A DNA stretch of 64,000 nt, taken from contig NC_092348.1 in NCBI RefSeq assembly GCF_963676685.1, forward strand, positions 86,118,001-86,182,000, in the 5' to 3' direction. Both the position numbers and the translations under genes were made by a program. The first letter of the stretch is position 1. Each line of letters starts with the position of its first letter. The DNA is from Mytilus edulis. Taxonomy: Eukaryota. Under the pieces are notes generated by a model. It was not told the origin of the DNA. It worked only from the letters and a program-made list of their open reading frames with translations, and made no database searches. Positions 25,471 through 39,079 of the stretch are shown here, in pieces.

Positions 25471-27116
25471 ATTGACGTACCACATGGACGATCTGAAATC
25501 ATTTTTAATTTTTAATATCAAATTTGATTTAATAAACCAACAGTCGTATGTTCTAAATCAAAATGCATACTTACCTGTCTAATCGTCTTTGTGAGATGCA
25601 TAAAACTCATATTCCTGCAATTAAAAAAAATTAATTTCAGTCCTGCTTAACAGGTGAGAGGGAGAATGAAATAAAGATAAGAGTACAATATTCGAAATTC
25701 TCTTTTATTTTCATATGCAATAATAATTAATTTATCATCGTCACTAACTCAGACATATCTCGTAAGAGAATGAAAATTTTACCTTTTGTTGGGTTAACAT
25801 GTAAATTTGTCGGCACAAGGGTATAGTTTCTCATGTATGTAAATGGTTAACCACATCTTACGAATCTATTTATTTGATTACTGTCGATGTACGACTATGC
25901 GACCTCTGTGTCTCATCTAACTAACAACACATTTTCGCGGCCTTAGATCTAAATCATAAATAGTAGTTTAATTTCTAAATTTACCGGTTGTGTCGTATTC
26001 TCGCCTGTGATATTTTGATTGAGTGTTGAATCGAATGGTGAGTGAAGTATGCTGTTTTCTCGTTTGAATTGTTTTACATTGTCATTTAGGGGCCTTTTGT
26101 AGTTGACTATTCAGTATTGACCTTGCCCATTGTTGAAGGCCGTACGGTGACCAAAAGTTGTTAATTACTGTGTCATTTTGGTCTCTTGTTGAGAGTTGTG
26201 TCAATGGCAATCATACCACATTATCTTTTTTTCATATTTACAAGGAAAGGCGTATCTTGTCGAAACATTTGGTCTCGCTTCTTTTGGAGTGTTTGCAATT
26301 CTCTCATATTCTTTAAACTTTGATTTTCATGATGCCATCTTCTCTAAGGCTCTTTCAAAATAGAACATAGGCAGATTATTGTTGGTTCTAAATTTTGCTC
26401 TTCGCATGGTTTTGATACCGTGTGTATCATAACTAGTCAACCATATTATTTGGCGTCATCCTGACTAATACGACAACATAAAACGAAATGTACACACTTG
26501 CAATATCTGGTGGCGAACCACCATCTTATGGTGATGTTGAGATCGAAACATTCACATTTTAAAGAAATATAACAAGTTCTTACAGAGCAAGCATATTCTG
26601 TTCAAATTATGTCACAAATATTCGTTAATGTAACAAATATCGTATTTATTGAATTGAGCACATTTTTTTTAAATGGAACTCTTCACCGTGTAATATTTGC
26701 ACTTTTGATCGCGCTAAATAATGACCTAATGAGTATAGAAACAACCACTCGTTCTTTGATCTCATACTTTAATGTTTATTTAATTATTTGTGAACATTTT
26801 GCTAATGAGCTTTCTGGCGGCAAGTATGTTAGTACAAGGGAATAAATTCGCATGTATGCAAATGGATAACCACATCTTACGAAATAAGTTAAATTAATTA
26901 TTGTCGATTTTACTGCGATGGGATACAATTAATAACATGGTTATTACTAACTATTTCTCTAGTACTATACCAACATTAAACAGTGGTATTTATACCACTT
27001 TTCCAAACGATTGCGTCTTAATTATATTGTTAAGGAAATGTATTCCTTTTTTACACAGTATATTTGTTAAAGAAAATGTTCTAATATGTTTGAAGATACA
27101 GACACATAATTTACAT

Positions 27117-27550
27117 AAGTTTCTGATGAAGTGAAATCCAGAAAAGCGCTTCGAACGCATTGAAATAATTAAACATGTTGTTTTTAATTTTTTACATCAC
27201 TGGGTCGATACCTCTGCTGGTGGACTATCAGTCCCCGAGGGTATCATCGGCTCAGTAGTCAGTACTTCGGTACTGACATGATTTAACATATTTTTCTAAA
27301 ATTGTCCGTTTATAAATTTTGAAATTATTCAGAAACTAAGGTTTCAACTCCCTCAGGCAAAGTTAACTTTAGATGAATTTGGCTATCAATTTTAGGTATT
27401 TTTGTCATATAACTCTTAAACGGTTTAAGTACTTATACATTTTAGGATTTCAAATGTTTGGCTTTGAGCGTTCCTGATGAAGGTAAATTCCAAAAAGCGT
27501 TTCGGACACATTGAAATTATTGCACGTGTTGTTTTCATTTTTTTTTACAA
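27117..27550 (+). mobile_element. 351-bp tandem hammerhead repeat, second family
   Basis: CTGATGA at 27123 and 27474. First copy CTGATGA-AGTGAAATCCA-GAAA-AGCGCT-TC-GAACGC; second GCGTTC-CTGATGA...TC-GGACAC with GAAA mutated. Internal segment homologous to the reverse complement of 10987-11076. Confidence 0.7.
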
Positions 27551-28134
27551 TTTTTACAATCATAATGATGTGCAGTTTAGATTTGCTGGTAAAAATCAAA
27601 TGAAAATTAAAATAATGCAAGTCAATGTACAAACAGACTGATATGTTTTTTTTAGCCTGAACACATTCAAACAGCATTTTAGTTATGTTTATTTTACCTT
27701 ACTGCTTTTGCAATTTATCTTTCTGTTTTATTACAAACGGAGTATTGGACATGTCATTGTTAACTACATTATGATAGATATTACTTGCATTGGATTTATT
27801 TTTTTCGATTTTTTATCATTTAAAACATACATTCTAAGAATGTGATTTTATATTAACTCAGATTAAGATTTTTAGTTTTTATAATAACTGAACTATTTCA
27901 CATAAAACAAGGCGAAAGGGAGGCAGAAAATACTTCAGTGATATTCAAGCTCAATTTCTTCTTCAGAAAAAGTCTTTACAATGAGAATATGACATTTATT
28001 TCTATTTGTTAGAGGTGTTTTTCATTTTAAATTGACCATTATATAAAGAACTTTTCATTTTGGATGTGCCTTGGAGTTAGGTATTTTCATATTTTACTTT
28101 TCAAAAGAAGAGGAAAATCCGACAATAACACAAA

Positions 28135-28538
28135 AACAACAAAGTAAGACAGAAGGTCAAACAACAAAGTAAGACAGAAGGTCAAACAACAATAAAGTAA
28201 GACAGAAGGTCAAACAACAATAAAGTAAGACAGAAGGTCAAACAATAAAGTAAGACAGAAGGTCAAACAACAATAAAGTAAGACAGAAGGTCAAACAACA
28301 AAGTAAGACAGAAGGTCAAACAACAACAAAGTAAGACAGAAGGTCAAACAACAATAAAGTAAGACAGAAGGTCAAACAACAAAGTAAGACAGAAGGTCAA
28401 ACAACAAAGTAAGACAGAAGGTCAAACAACAAAGTAAGACAGAAGGTCAAACAACAACAAAGTAAGACAGAAGGTCAAACAACAATAAAGTAAGACAGAA
28501 GGTCAAACAACAAAGTAAGACAGAAGGTCAAACAACAA
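28135..28538. repeat. 25/28-bp minisatellite x15
   Basis: AAAGTAAGACAGAAGGTCAAACAAC(AAY) units. Confidence 0.95.
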
Positions 28539-31069
28539 TAGAAAAAATACAAATTCAAGTTGTATGATAATAATAAAAATTATCACATGATACAAAATAT
28601 ATCAGCATGATAAGATAAATATCAGAAAATAAATAAATAAAAAAACCACATGATAATTTTATATCAAATAAGTAAGATGCGGCATGATTGCAATCAAGAC
28701 AATTCTCCTTCAGAGACACACCAGAGATAAATGACGTAGAAGTTAGATATTTTTGTTTATATTGTCACGGGTTTGGGTAGCGTGTACGTGACATATTTAG
28801 CTCTACTAATAAAAATGAGGTTTTTGTTCATGGGATGGGGAAATATACGTTAATCAAATCGAGGAATAATGTAATACATGTATATAATAGATGATTTATT
28901 AAACTTCTAATGCTATTTTTATGACAGGATTTCCAAGAGTTACAATAAAGTTAATTTGTTCTTTAGTTGTCTTTTTCTTTACTTTAACTTCATAAACCAA
29001 TCTTTTTAAACGGGTTACTCTGCCGATCGAAAAGAAATATTAACAAAACAAGTAAACATAAACTGAACGAATAAATTTGATCTATGACACAATATGTATG
29101 CGATATGTTGAACAATGTCAAAAGGACAACAACAACCTGAGAAAAAATGGCGTAAAATAAAACAACATACACAGGTTACTTGTAAAAGCATAATTTTGTC
29201 GTTAGAAGTTTTGAAATATTTTTTTCAAAATGTGAGAATATTCAACAATAGTGAGACAAGATATAACACAAATACTGTCTATAATTATGTCCCACGGACA
29301 CTTACTATATCGCAATAATACCAACTTGATGATAAGTAATTATTATGAGAGACGTCAAGTAAAATTATACAGAATTTAGATTTTTAAAAATACTGTTCAA
29401 ATCAAGAGAAAATGCACAAATGCAATTAACACTCAAAAAGTTCTTGCAATGTGTGAACGAACAATGACGACGTAGACCTATAGTTGTCATTTATATGGAT
29501 AAGTTGGTCTCTGTGGGATGGTTGTCTCCTTGTCAATGATACCACATCAAAGTATTTGAATATAAGTTGGTCAATTAGCATCTCGTGTATTTATTTCTTT
29601 TGGTTGTTCAAATTTTGGCTTTGAGCTTTCTTGTTGAAGGTAAGTTCAGAAATGCGCAAAGAAAACCCAAAACTTAAGACATAATGGTCATCAATTAACA
29701 ATTATATAGGCTTATAACGGTCAAACAGTATTTCCGATTTTGCGGATCATGTCATCTAAAAATGTGTGTTGGGTGGGAGAAACATAAAATATACAACAAT
29801 TTCACTCGAGTAATATCCCCTCCGACAATATAATAACAATGGATAATGTTGTGATTTTAATACCCGTCAATTCATTAGTATTTGCAAAAAATGTACAACA
29901 GGAATGGTATTGACTGCAGAAATCAAAATTTTAAAATGATATCTAAGAGGAAGTGGCAACATGTTTCATTAGTTGACTATGGTCAAAATGGATTATAAAA
30001 CTTAGTTTCCTAAATACATGTTTGACATGCATGATATGAATAATTCATTGGCATCAAGGAAAAAATAAACAAAATTCAACTTCCTAGAAATCGCATTTTA
30101 AAGAATTGCACGTACCGGCATTATTTATCTTGTTTATACTTGCTTTTTAGAAAACTTTTGATTCCCTAAGTATTTGACTCAATGTCTGCTGCATTTTTCA
30201 ACCACCGTTTGATTTATTGTTGTACAATTCTGTGTTTACGCTGTTGGGTAGGTTTTTGCTGAAATTTTCGTAATATAAGCTTATGTACAGTAGTTGTCGT
30301 TTGTTTATGTAATTTATACGTGTTTCTCGTTTTTTATATAGATTAAACCGTTGGTTTTCCCGTTTGAATGATTTTACACTAGTAATTTTGGGGCCCTTTA
30401 TAGCCTGTTGTTCGGTGTGAGCCAAGGCTCCGTGTTGAAGGTCGTACATTGACCTATAATGGTTTACTTTTATAAATTGTTATTTGGATGGAGAGTTGTC
30501 TCATTGGCACTCACATCTCATCTTCCTATATCTATTATCCTGATAAAAAAATCATAAAATATAAATAATCTGTCTTCTTGAATGCAATTGTGTATTAAAG
30601 ACAAACTGTGGCAAATATTTGTTAATCACTATAAACATACACTTTTCCGTATATCATACGTAAATAAAAGAGAATTGCCACTGAAAGTAAACTGTCTGTT
30701 CTACCATTATCAAGAGATAAGGAGAGAAACTTAGATATTCACAATGTTTTTTTTTGTATTCAACGTTTAATGCGAAGTACGAACAAGAAAAAGTATGAAC
30801 TAAATTTCGTGTTTCAAAAGGTTATCCAAATTAATCAATTTTTGATAAACGGCACTTTCGGCACTACTGAGATCGGCTACTGAGATCGCCCCGGTTTTTG
30901 GTGGAGTTCGTGTTGCTTATTCTTTAGTTTGATATGTTGTGTCATGTGCACTATTATTTGTTTGATTGTCTTTTTCATTTTTAGTCAGTTTATTTTCGAT
31001 TTATGAGTTTGACTGTCCCTCTGGTATCTTTCGTCCCTCTTTTTTTGGCTATCTCGTGGCATAAAATTT

Positions 31070-31248
31070 GCTGTGTTGGAGGAATCTGTAGTGCCCGGAG
31101 AGATACACCTAACTTTCGTAGGTAAATTGACATTCGTAGTCAATAAAGAAGTGAGTTAATCCATTCTCCGAGTGCGGCATTCTAACTCACAATCTCCTTA
31201 TTGACATAACAGTGATATAGCAGTTAGACCACTTGGCCATCGATGCCT
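31070..31248 (-). mobile_element. Decayed tRNA-derived SINE
   Basis: A-box TGGCCAAGTGG (31229-31239) and degenerate B-box GAGTTAGAATGC. Confidence 0.55.
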
Positions 31249-32142
31249 CTGAGAAAAGGGTATTTCTGGTTTATATTCTTAAGGCAAACAGTTTGCATAA
31301 ACAGTGAATTAAACATATATAAAATACACTACAAGGGATAAAACGAAATTGTATACAAGGAACAATCAGCATCAGAAATGCCTATCCTGATTGACGGACC
31401 CAGGTACTGCTGTGCATCATACAACGTTAATGACCATTATTTTTTTCCCTTCGTGTGAAAACTCAGAATTCATATAAAACTGTCATTTCAAATTTTTTCT
31501 CACGATGACCGACACTTTAGATTAAATTATCACTTCACATACAACCCCTTAAAGTATGTAACAACATTAACATCCAATGATGCTCCTGGAATGTCAGTTT
31601 TTGTTAATGCCACTCTATGTATCAAACATAATATTGGTTAACCATATGGAATTTGATTTGATTTAAGAAACAAATAAGCAAATATATTTTGAACAAATGA
31701 AAATATATAAGTTCCATATAATTTGTTAACTAGTAAAACAAACTTTGTGACGATATAAGGCTGCCCTACAATGGGTCTGTGTCGTGTTAAGATGATAAGT
31801 ATACATGGTAAATTAGTGGTATTGTATTGCTGTTCCATTGACGCATACCCAGTCGGCACACCCTTCAAATCATTTTATACATACAAATTTTATAATTTTC
31901 AAATTTGTAATTAACCAGAAATCAACCTAGAACAGAATGAGAATATTTCGTATATCTTCGTCATATATTGTTTTTATTATATAAGTTAATATCATAGCAA
32001 TTAGTTAAACAATGGTTACGAAATGACTGATATACAATGAATAAATGATCCTTCTTCTTTTGAACTTTTGGAAGGCTTTAAATGTCTTTTCACTAAAAAC
32101 GGCAATACTGAGAACTTGATGATGTTAAAAATGCTAACTACA

Positions 32143-32980
32143 TGTTGAAAAACACGTCCTCCGAACGTAACAAATATGTTGTCAATCAAGAAAGCAAGCA
32201 TCTTGATAATATCAGTTTCAGAGAATTTTTTGTTTGAATCAGAGTGATCCTTTACAAAGTAGGATTTATCCCTCCCTAAGACAAGATACTTGTATCTACG
32301 TTGGCCATTCTTTTTGATGAAGCATAGCAATATCAAGTCTTTCAATTTGTCTCTTAGTTTGGAATGTGGAATACTTGTGTAAATAGTAGAAAAGTCAAAT
32401 GTTTTAATACTGTTACAAGATGAAAAAGAGTTAGATTGTTTGTACTCTAAAAGATCTTTGGAATTTTTAAGTATCCACATCTGATTCACGCCACCTCTAG
32501 AATAGGCAGTTTCACAATAATTTTGAAGCCCGTCTTTGATTGCTGATAAAATAGATGTTAATAATTTAGAAAGAGGTTTCGTGGAGCACTTGGAAGACCC
32601 AGCAATATACCGTTGGTTGTAAGGACACTTATGTAGTTTAGGTATCCAATACAGTGATGGAAGATCCAGTTCTTCATCTTTGGTTGAAATTCCAAAGGAA
32701 CACAGAACAGACCTATGATTATCCAGGATTTCCTCTTTGGTAAGTGTCGTGGGGGTATATGTTGAGTTTCCAAGTGAATTGTCAATACCTAATTCGTTTA
32801 TCAAGCAGTTAATGTAATGAGTTTTACATACAAAAACGATGTTGTTTGGGCTTTATCTGCGGGGACAACAACATATTTGTCATGGAGGTAGGATAGGTGT
32901 TTTGCACACATTTGGTTCTTTAAAGATTGACGTAGCATGGGCATTGATAGACCAATTCAGTTTCTTAATTCTGATTTGTA
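32143..32980 (-). mobile_element. Penelope-like element fragment (RT N-terminal half), same family
   Basis: NNIVFVCK, LYWIPKLHK, MWILKNSKDLL, DFSTIYTSIPH; near-identical to 24153-24567; frameshifted upstream. Confidence 0.88.
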
Positions 32981-35900
32981 TGTCGTTGATGAAAGGTTAT
33001 TTGGTATGCAGCACGGTTTAGTTTTTCGTTTGAACAGCTGCAAAAGTATAATTTGACATTTTGTATGAAGAAAAAAAAAAGAAAAAACACATGCGTATGA
33101 TGATGCTAAATGTCTTTTAAAGTGCAAAAGTTCAAAATTACCAATAAAAGAAATGCTATGACTCAAGTTTCTCTAAAGTACAACTATTTTTTCGTTAATA
33201 ACATCTATTTCTAATAACTATGGATAAATAAATTAGTGTTTTATAGTTGATTTAATATGTATGTATATATGAATTATTAAATTGTACTTTTCACGCATTT
33301 ATACAATATCACTTGTGTGTTATTTTCTAAGAAAATTAGAACAGATGGCACAATGTGGAACGTTATGTTTTTTGTTAAAATTCAATATTCTGTGGTCATG
33401 AGCTCAAATAACTTAGTTCCGTTTATCCATGTTTTACTTCATTACAAACTACTTAATTTGTATTTCGTCTCCGTTTCTCTGATATTGAATATAAGCGTGT
33501 TAATCCTGTTTGGAGACATGTTTTATAAATATTTCTAAGGCAAGGAAAAACCCATATTTTTGTTTAAGAAACAAATGGATCAAGCGCAATTTTTGCAACT
33601 TAGCGTCATCTCTAATGCATACCTAGATATAAACATGAATAAACAGCACCTGTTACCATCATTAACACATTACTTTTTAATTCTATGATATAAAGATACA
33701 TGACAAAACAATTGAATACTCGAATCAAAGAAATTTATCAAGTCATTATAACGAACCGAGTGCGTATGATTTCAGAAAAAGAAACCGAGCTGCGTTTTAT
33801 ACAAATGTGTTTTGTGTTTTGGCAAATCATGTCTCTGTTTTGTTTTTGATACAAAATACACAAATGTGTATAGTTTTGTAGTTTTCTGATGGGATGCATA
33901 TTAGGTTCTAAATCCTTATCAAGGATTTGAAAGATTAAACTAAATTTTATTGTAAGTATTTATGTTATAACTTGGTACAGAACATTTTAAGAATAAAATA
34001 GTAGATTGAACCCGGTTTTTATGACTAGCCAAACCTCTAACTTATATGGCAATTTTGAAAATATCGCTAAAAAGTTAACATGGTATGCGGGAGAATAAAT
34101 AAAACCAACAATAAATACATTTTACAGTCATCAAGAAAATGATCGATGCAATATGTAGTGGCATTTTTTTCTCAGTTCTAAATCTAAATATTTGAATGTA
34201 GAATGGTGAACGATTTATGGCTGATATATGCAAAGTAAGATACACTTAACTTGGTGACGCATTCCCCAGTCAGGTTTCTTTCCGAGTTAATGTGATATAT
34301 TTGGATGTGTTAACTAATGTGCTTTGTCGTTATTATGTTTCATTGACACATATATGACGTATATGTATTTTTGCTAATATGCTTGGTCTATATGCCATTT
34401 TGTGCTTCTTTGTTACATATTTGTTTGTTCTTATAGTTATTCAGACCATTAAAAGAGGGTAGTTTACCTAACATGATAATTACTTCACAGTTCAGCTAGC
34501 AAGCAAGCTAACACAAGACATTACCTATGCCTACAAACTCAATGAAATCGGCTGTAAAGAAAACGTAAGACATGTATCTCTTAGGTAAATGTAACTTTGT
34601 ATACCTTCATCATTACTTAATATTGTATACTTGTAAAAGCAGTTATGTTAGTACTTCTGTCTGTCTATTCAGCTATATATAATGAAGATTGTAAGGTTTT
34701 TGTTTCTTTTTGTAGGGGGTGTGAAGATTGATAAAATGAAAAACTAACTATGAGGTATTACTTACTGTATCATTCCTAGCAATTGCACTATCTACGTAAA
34801 TTTCTATGGTGTAAAATATCTATTACATAAATCTTTCTGACAAGTGATTAAAATGATTTTAAACTTTGACATAATGTTTCTATAGTCATTCAATTCAGTG
34901 AAAATCAGAATTTTCATATTTCTTATTTTTGACATTTCGAAAAATACATTTTTAACCAACATTAATATTGCCAAATTTGTGAAACTTAACGTCATGTATG
35001 TATTTGTTTCATATTAAATCTATGATCCTGATTTATAGTTTCTTAATCAAATTTTGTAAAATTACAACAAGCAATTGACTTATCTCAGACTTTTGAGTAT
35101 TGTACTTTACATTGTTTTTTCTCGTTGTTCAAATAGTAATATATGATATTTTCCAACAATATATACCAAAAAGATACCAAAGCAACATTCAAGCTGATAA
35201 GTCGAAAACTAACTGAAAACATCATGGCTACATATGTATGTTGGTGTTTTTGTAGCAGTTCAGTGCTTCTGTTGTTCCGTTATTTACTCTTATAGTTGAT
35301 GTGTTCTGTTTTGGTTTATGACCCACGTTTTTTTTTCGTTTAGTCGATTTATGACTATTGAACAGAAGTATACTCCTGTTGCCTGTATTGTATAAATTAG
35401 TCACTCAGTTGTTTTATACATCTTGGTTTCCTTTTTATTTTAAGTTGAAGCTTCACTGGAGGAAAATCCAAAAAAAAAACGACATACCAAATGCTTTAAT
35501 GACGGTGCTTTAATTGGTATTGAAAGAAGTAAAAGGAGATGTGGAATATTTTGTTTAGTGTTTAATGAATTCTATTTTTTTTTTACATGTGAAGGACATG
35601 TTTGATATAAGTGTGAGTGCTGCATAAATTATTTTCGTATATGGAAACACAGTATTAACTTCAAAGGGTGCAAAACCGGGTGATATATTTGCACGGCATG
35701 CGAATCAACACTCAGTCAATATTCCATTAATGGAAATAGAAAAAAATGTATGTAGACGAACTGCGCGTCTGACGTTTTAATATATAAGCATGGTTTCTTT
35801 GACGAGTCCTTTTATATAATAATGGAATAATGGAATGCATATATTTGATTGGATTGAAATAGTACTTTACTCCATGATTCATATGTAATGATTATACAAA

Positions 35901-36113
35901 TAATAATTGACACAATAGTAATACAACATGAAATGATATTTAAAAGTGAGACACAAGAACAAATAAAGGATATACAATATCCATAGAATAGAATAGAATG
36001 TCAGTAGAAAGTAAAATCACAAAAATACTGAACTCCGAGGAAAATTCAAAATGAAAATTCCCTATTCAAAGGGCAAAATCAATAGCTCAAACACATCAAA
36101 TGAATGGATAACA

Positions 36114-36213
36114 ACTGTTATATTCCTGACTTGGTAGAGGCATTTTCTTATGTAAAAAATGGTGGATAAGACATGGTTTTATAACTATCTTAACCTATCG
36201 CTTGTATGGCAGT
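36114..36213 (-). ncRNA. Type-P5 twister-like motif, degenerate (ACC/GGT family)
   Basis: P5 ACTGCCATA/TATAACAGT, loop TACCAAGT, T2 AC/GT. Related copies at 22301-22390(-), 49053-49153(+), 33965-34051(-). Confidence 0.5.
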
Positions 36214-36570
36214 CTCATCAAATATCGTTATATTGACAACGATGTGTGAACAAAACAAACAGACATAATAGGTTAAAATGTCAACAATAGGGGTACAGCA
36301 GTCAACATTGTGTTTAAATCTTAATCGCTATAAAGATTAACAAATATTTAACAAAGACGCACAAAAAAGCAATCAGGCAAAGCACAACAGGACAAATGAA
36401 AGTTAAGAATACAAAACTTTACAATAACACAATAACACAATGACGGGATGTATTAGTACAAAACCACGCCATATATATCTAAGAAATACAAAAAGGCATA
36501 AAGACATAGCACATTGGCAAAAATGAAAGACAAGAATACGAAAAACATCATAGAACAATAACACAATGAC

Positions 36571-36791
36571 GGATATATAGGCACAGAGCCACGTCATATG
36601 TATAAAAGGATATATAGGCACAGAGCCACGTCATATGTATAAAAGGATATATAGGCACAGAGCCACGTCATATGTATAAAAGGATATATAGGCACAGAGC
36701 CACGTCATATGTATAAAAGGATATATAGGCACAGAGCCACGTCATATGTATAAAAGGATATATAGGCACAGAGCCACGTCATATGTATAAA
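36571..36791. repeat. 37-bp minisatellite x6
   Basis: GGATATATAGGCACAGAGCCACGTCATATGTATAAAA, identical units. Confidence 0.95.
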
Positions 36792-37030
36792 AGAAACACA
36801 AAACACAAGAAGACACATAACCTAGAATAAAAGACAAGAATATGAAAACTTTCATAGAAAAACAGCACAAAGACGGGATGTATAAGTACAGAGTTACGTC
36901 TAAAAATGTGACCTAGAACAGCCTAAACAGTGACAGTAATATTCATAAAAACAAATAAAAAAATACTATAACACATTGTTAAGATGATAAACAATGTCAG
37001 TACCCAGAATCTATACTTCAAGATCATCGT

Positions 37031-37092
37031 TCGCCGCGATATAGCCTTTTTGTGCTAATGCGGCGTAAAGCAAACAACAATCAATCAATCAA
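37031..37092 (+). mobile_element. 5'-truncated SINE/LINE tail with (CAAT)n and 13-bp TSD
   Basis: TSD TCAAGATCATCGT at 37018-37030 and 37093-37105. Confidence 0.75.
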
Positions 37093-38171
37093 TCAAGATC
37101 ATCGTGTATTATTTATAAGTTATATAGCAGGTTCAAGAAGCAACTTGAGAATACAACTCATAAGATAGACACTTACCATGAGAACAGTAATCATATCAAA
37201 ATGGTTGTTAATCTGTTTATTTTCGCAGATACTGGTTTCCGACTTACTCTGTTCTGGCTCGCTAGGCGATATTTGTTAGAGACTTTTAAGCTTTGTTTAT
37301 AACTTTCGTTTGAAAGGGTATTAAAAATTTATATATTTGGGAACTGATTTATACTCTCAATGTTTTACTGAGTGCGAAAGTTACGTATACAATCATTCGA
37401 GGACATTACATGTCGTACATGTACAATTACATATGTGCCCCATATATAATCATACATTCAGGTCACATATTTTGATCAAGGAAGAAATGACGAGATCGCG
37501 TGTTTGATTTAACAAGACAAAAAGCTAATTAACACTCCTATAAGAAAAATTGTCACATATATGCCGCATTTTTAATCATACATTATGCGCATGTGTAAAG
37601 CAAAATTATATCCGGGTGAAATTTGATCCGGAGGAAAAAATGTCACAGTAGTTGTTATTTTTGTATCCGGAGGAAAATATTTTCCTGGGATATTTTTTCC
37701 TTTGCCGTGAAATTCTATCTGGGTAGTTAACTTTTTGAATAGTTATTAGAAATAACTTATCCTTTAACAATACTGTGAAATAATAATAGTGTATTTGAAA
37801 TAAAGCGAAATTGTTAAAAAAAAAGTATTATAATGGGAAATAATTTCACAAATTATCCTTGAAAAAATTTCCTGAAATATTCAAGTCAATATCATCCTTT
37901 TAAAAGGAAAATTATCATGAAACATAGGGAAGAAAACCAGAATTAATTTCAAAGATCGTAATTGTGAAAATAATATCATGATTAAGGTTAGTGAAATACA
38001 TGTAAAAGTGAGTTGTTTTCAAATCTCAGTACAAATATAAATTTAAAAGTAAGGTAGAAATATAGTTGCATTACTACCGTTATCAGTAATAGAAGAATTT
38101 GATTATGATGATATTTTTTAAACTATATAAATAGTTTTGTCTGGGGACAGAGATGTAGTTGTTGATTATAT

Positions 38172-38599
38172 TGATTGATTGATTGTTGGTTGCTTAACGT
38201 CCAGTGGCAAATATTTCATGCATATTCAGGACGAGAACAAGTTCACAATAAATGCAATAGGTAGGTTGTTGTAATAGAGGCCATCTAGGATGATTGTCGG
38301 GGAAATTTGGACTGCCACTGGAAAATGAGGGTATATTGGATAGGGACAGAAATTTTGCCTTGCAACAGGCCACCTATGGACCCCTCAAAGAGTTGTTGCA
38401 AGGGTTCTTAACGTGCAAAGAGCGTGGCACTCTCTTTACACGAGGCATCGGATTTAACGTCCCCCTTCTGACCGGACGCGACTGCGAACTTGATACATCC
38501 CGCACAGCCAAACGGACGCCCCACTTCAGCAAGCGTTTTACTGCCGGTCTGGAGAAGACCAAGTGACCATATTTCTATACCTCAGTCACCCTTTGTGGG
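38172..38599 (-). mobile_element. SINE with (CAAT)n tail and 11-bp TSD
   Basis: TSD GTTGATTATAT at 38161-38171 and 38600-38610. The central GACGTTAAATCCG...GCACGTTAAGAACCC resembles the Meta-SINE core. Confidence 0.8.
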
Positions 38600-39079
38600 G
38601 TTGATTATATGGAAATGAGATTAATCATAGCATAACAAAATATTGGAACAATAGCATGTTTAACAGCTGGATATTTTTTACCTGTGAAATGTTATCTGTC
38701 TTATTAAATCAAGTTGTAAATAATCTTTTTATATAAATGAGTATATAAAAAAATAAGATTCAAGGAAACATTTTGCTATTAAATAGATTAAGAAATATAT
38801 AATATTAATATCTTAAAAATATAAATTGCCCATAATTACCTCCCTTTGATAAATTATGCAAATTTAGTCTACCTTTGTGAAACATTTCATAATTGTAGTC
38901 AGGTATATATTGATTGTCAGTAACTTACACAGTAGTTAATGGGACTCTATTTCACAGGGTTCTGTGAAATATAGTATGGCAAATATATACCGGTACATAC
39001 TATCCGCATAACACAGATAGATTTTCACTCCTGTGGAAAAAATCAACCTGTGAAACGTCAATTTTGGTTTTCGTCGCAG

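Noticed and set aside
28135-28538. CRISPR-like array or AGGTCA site cluster
   Set aside because: No unique spacers and eukaryotic context; a simple tandem repeat, with no linked promoter evident
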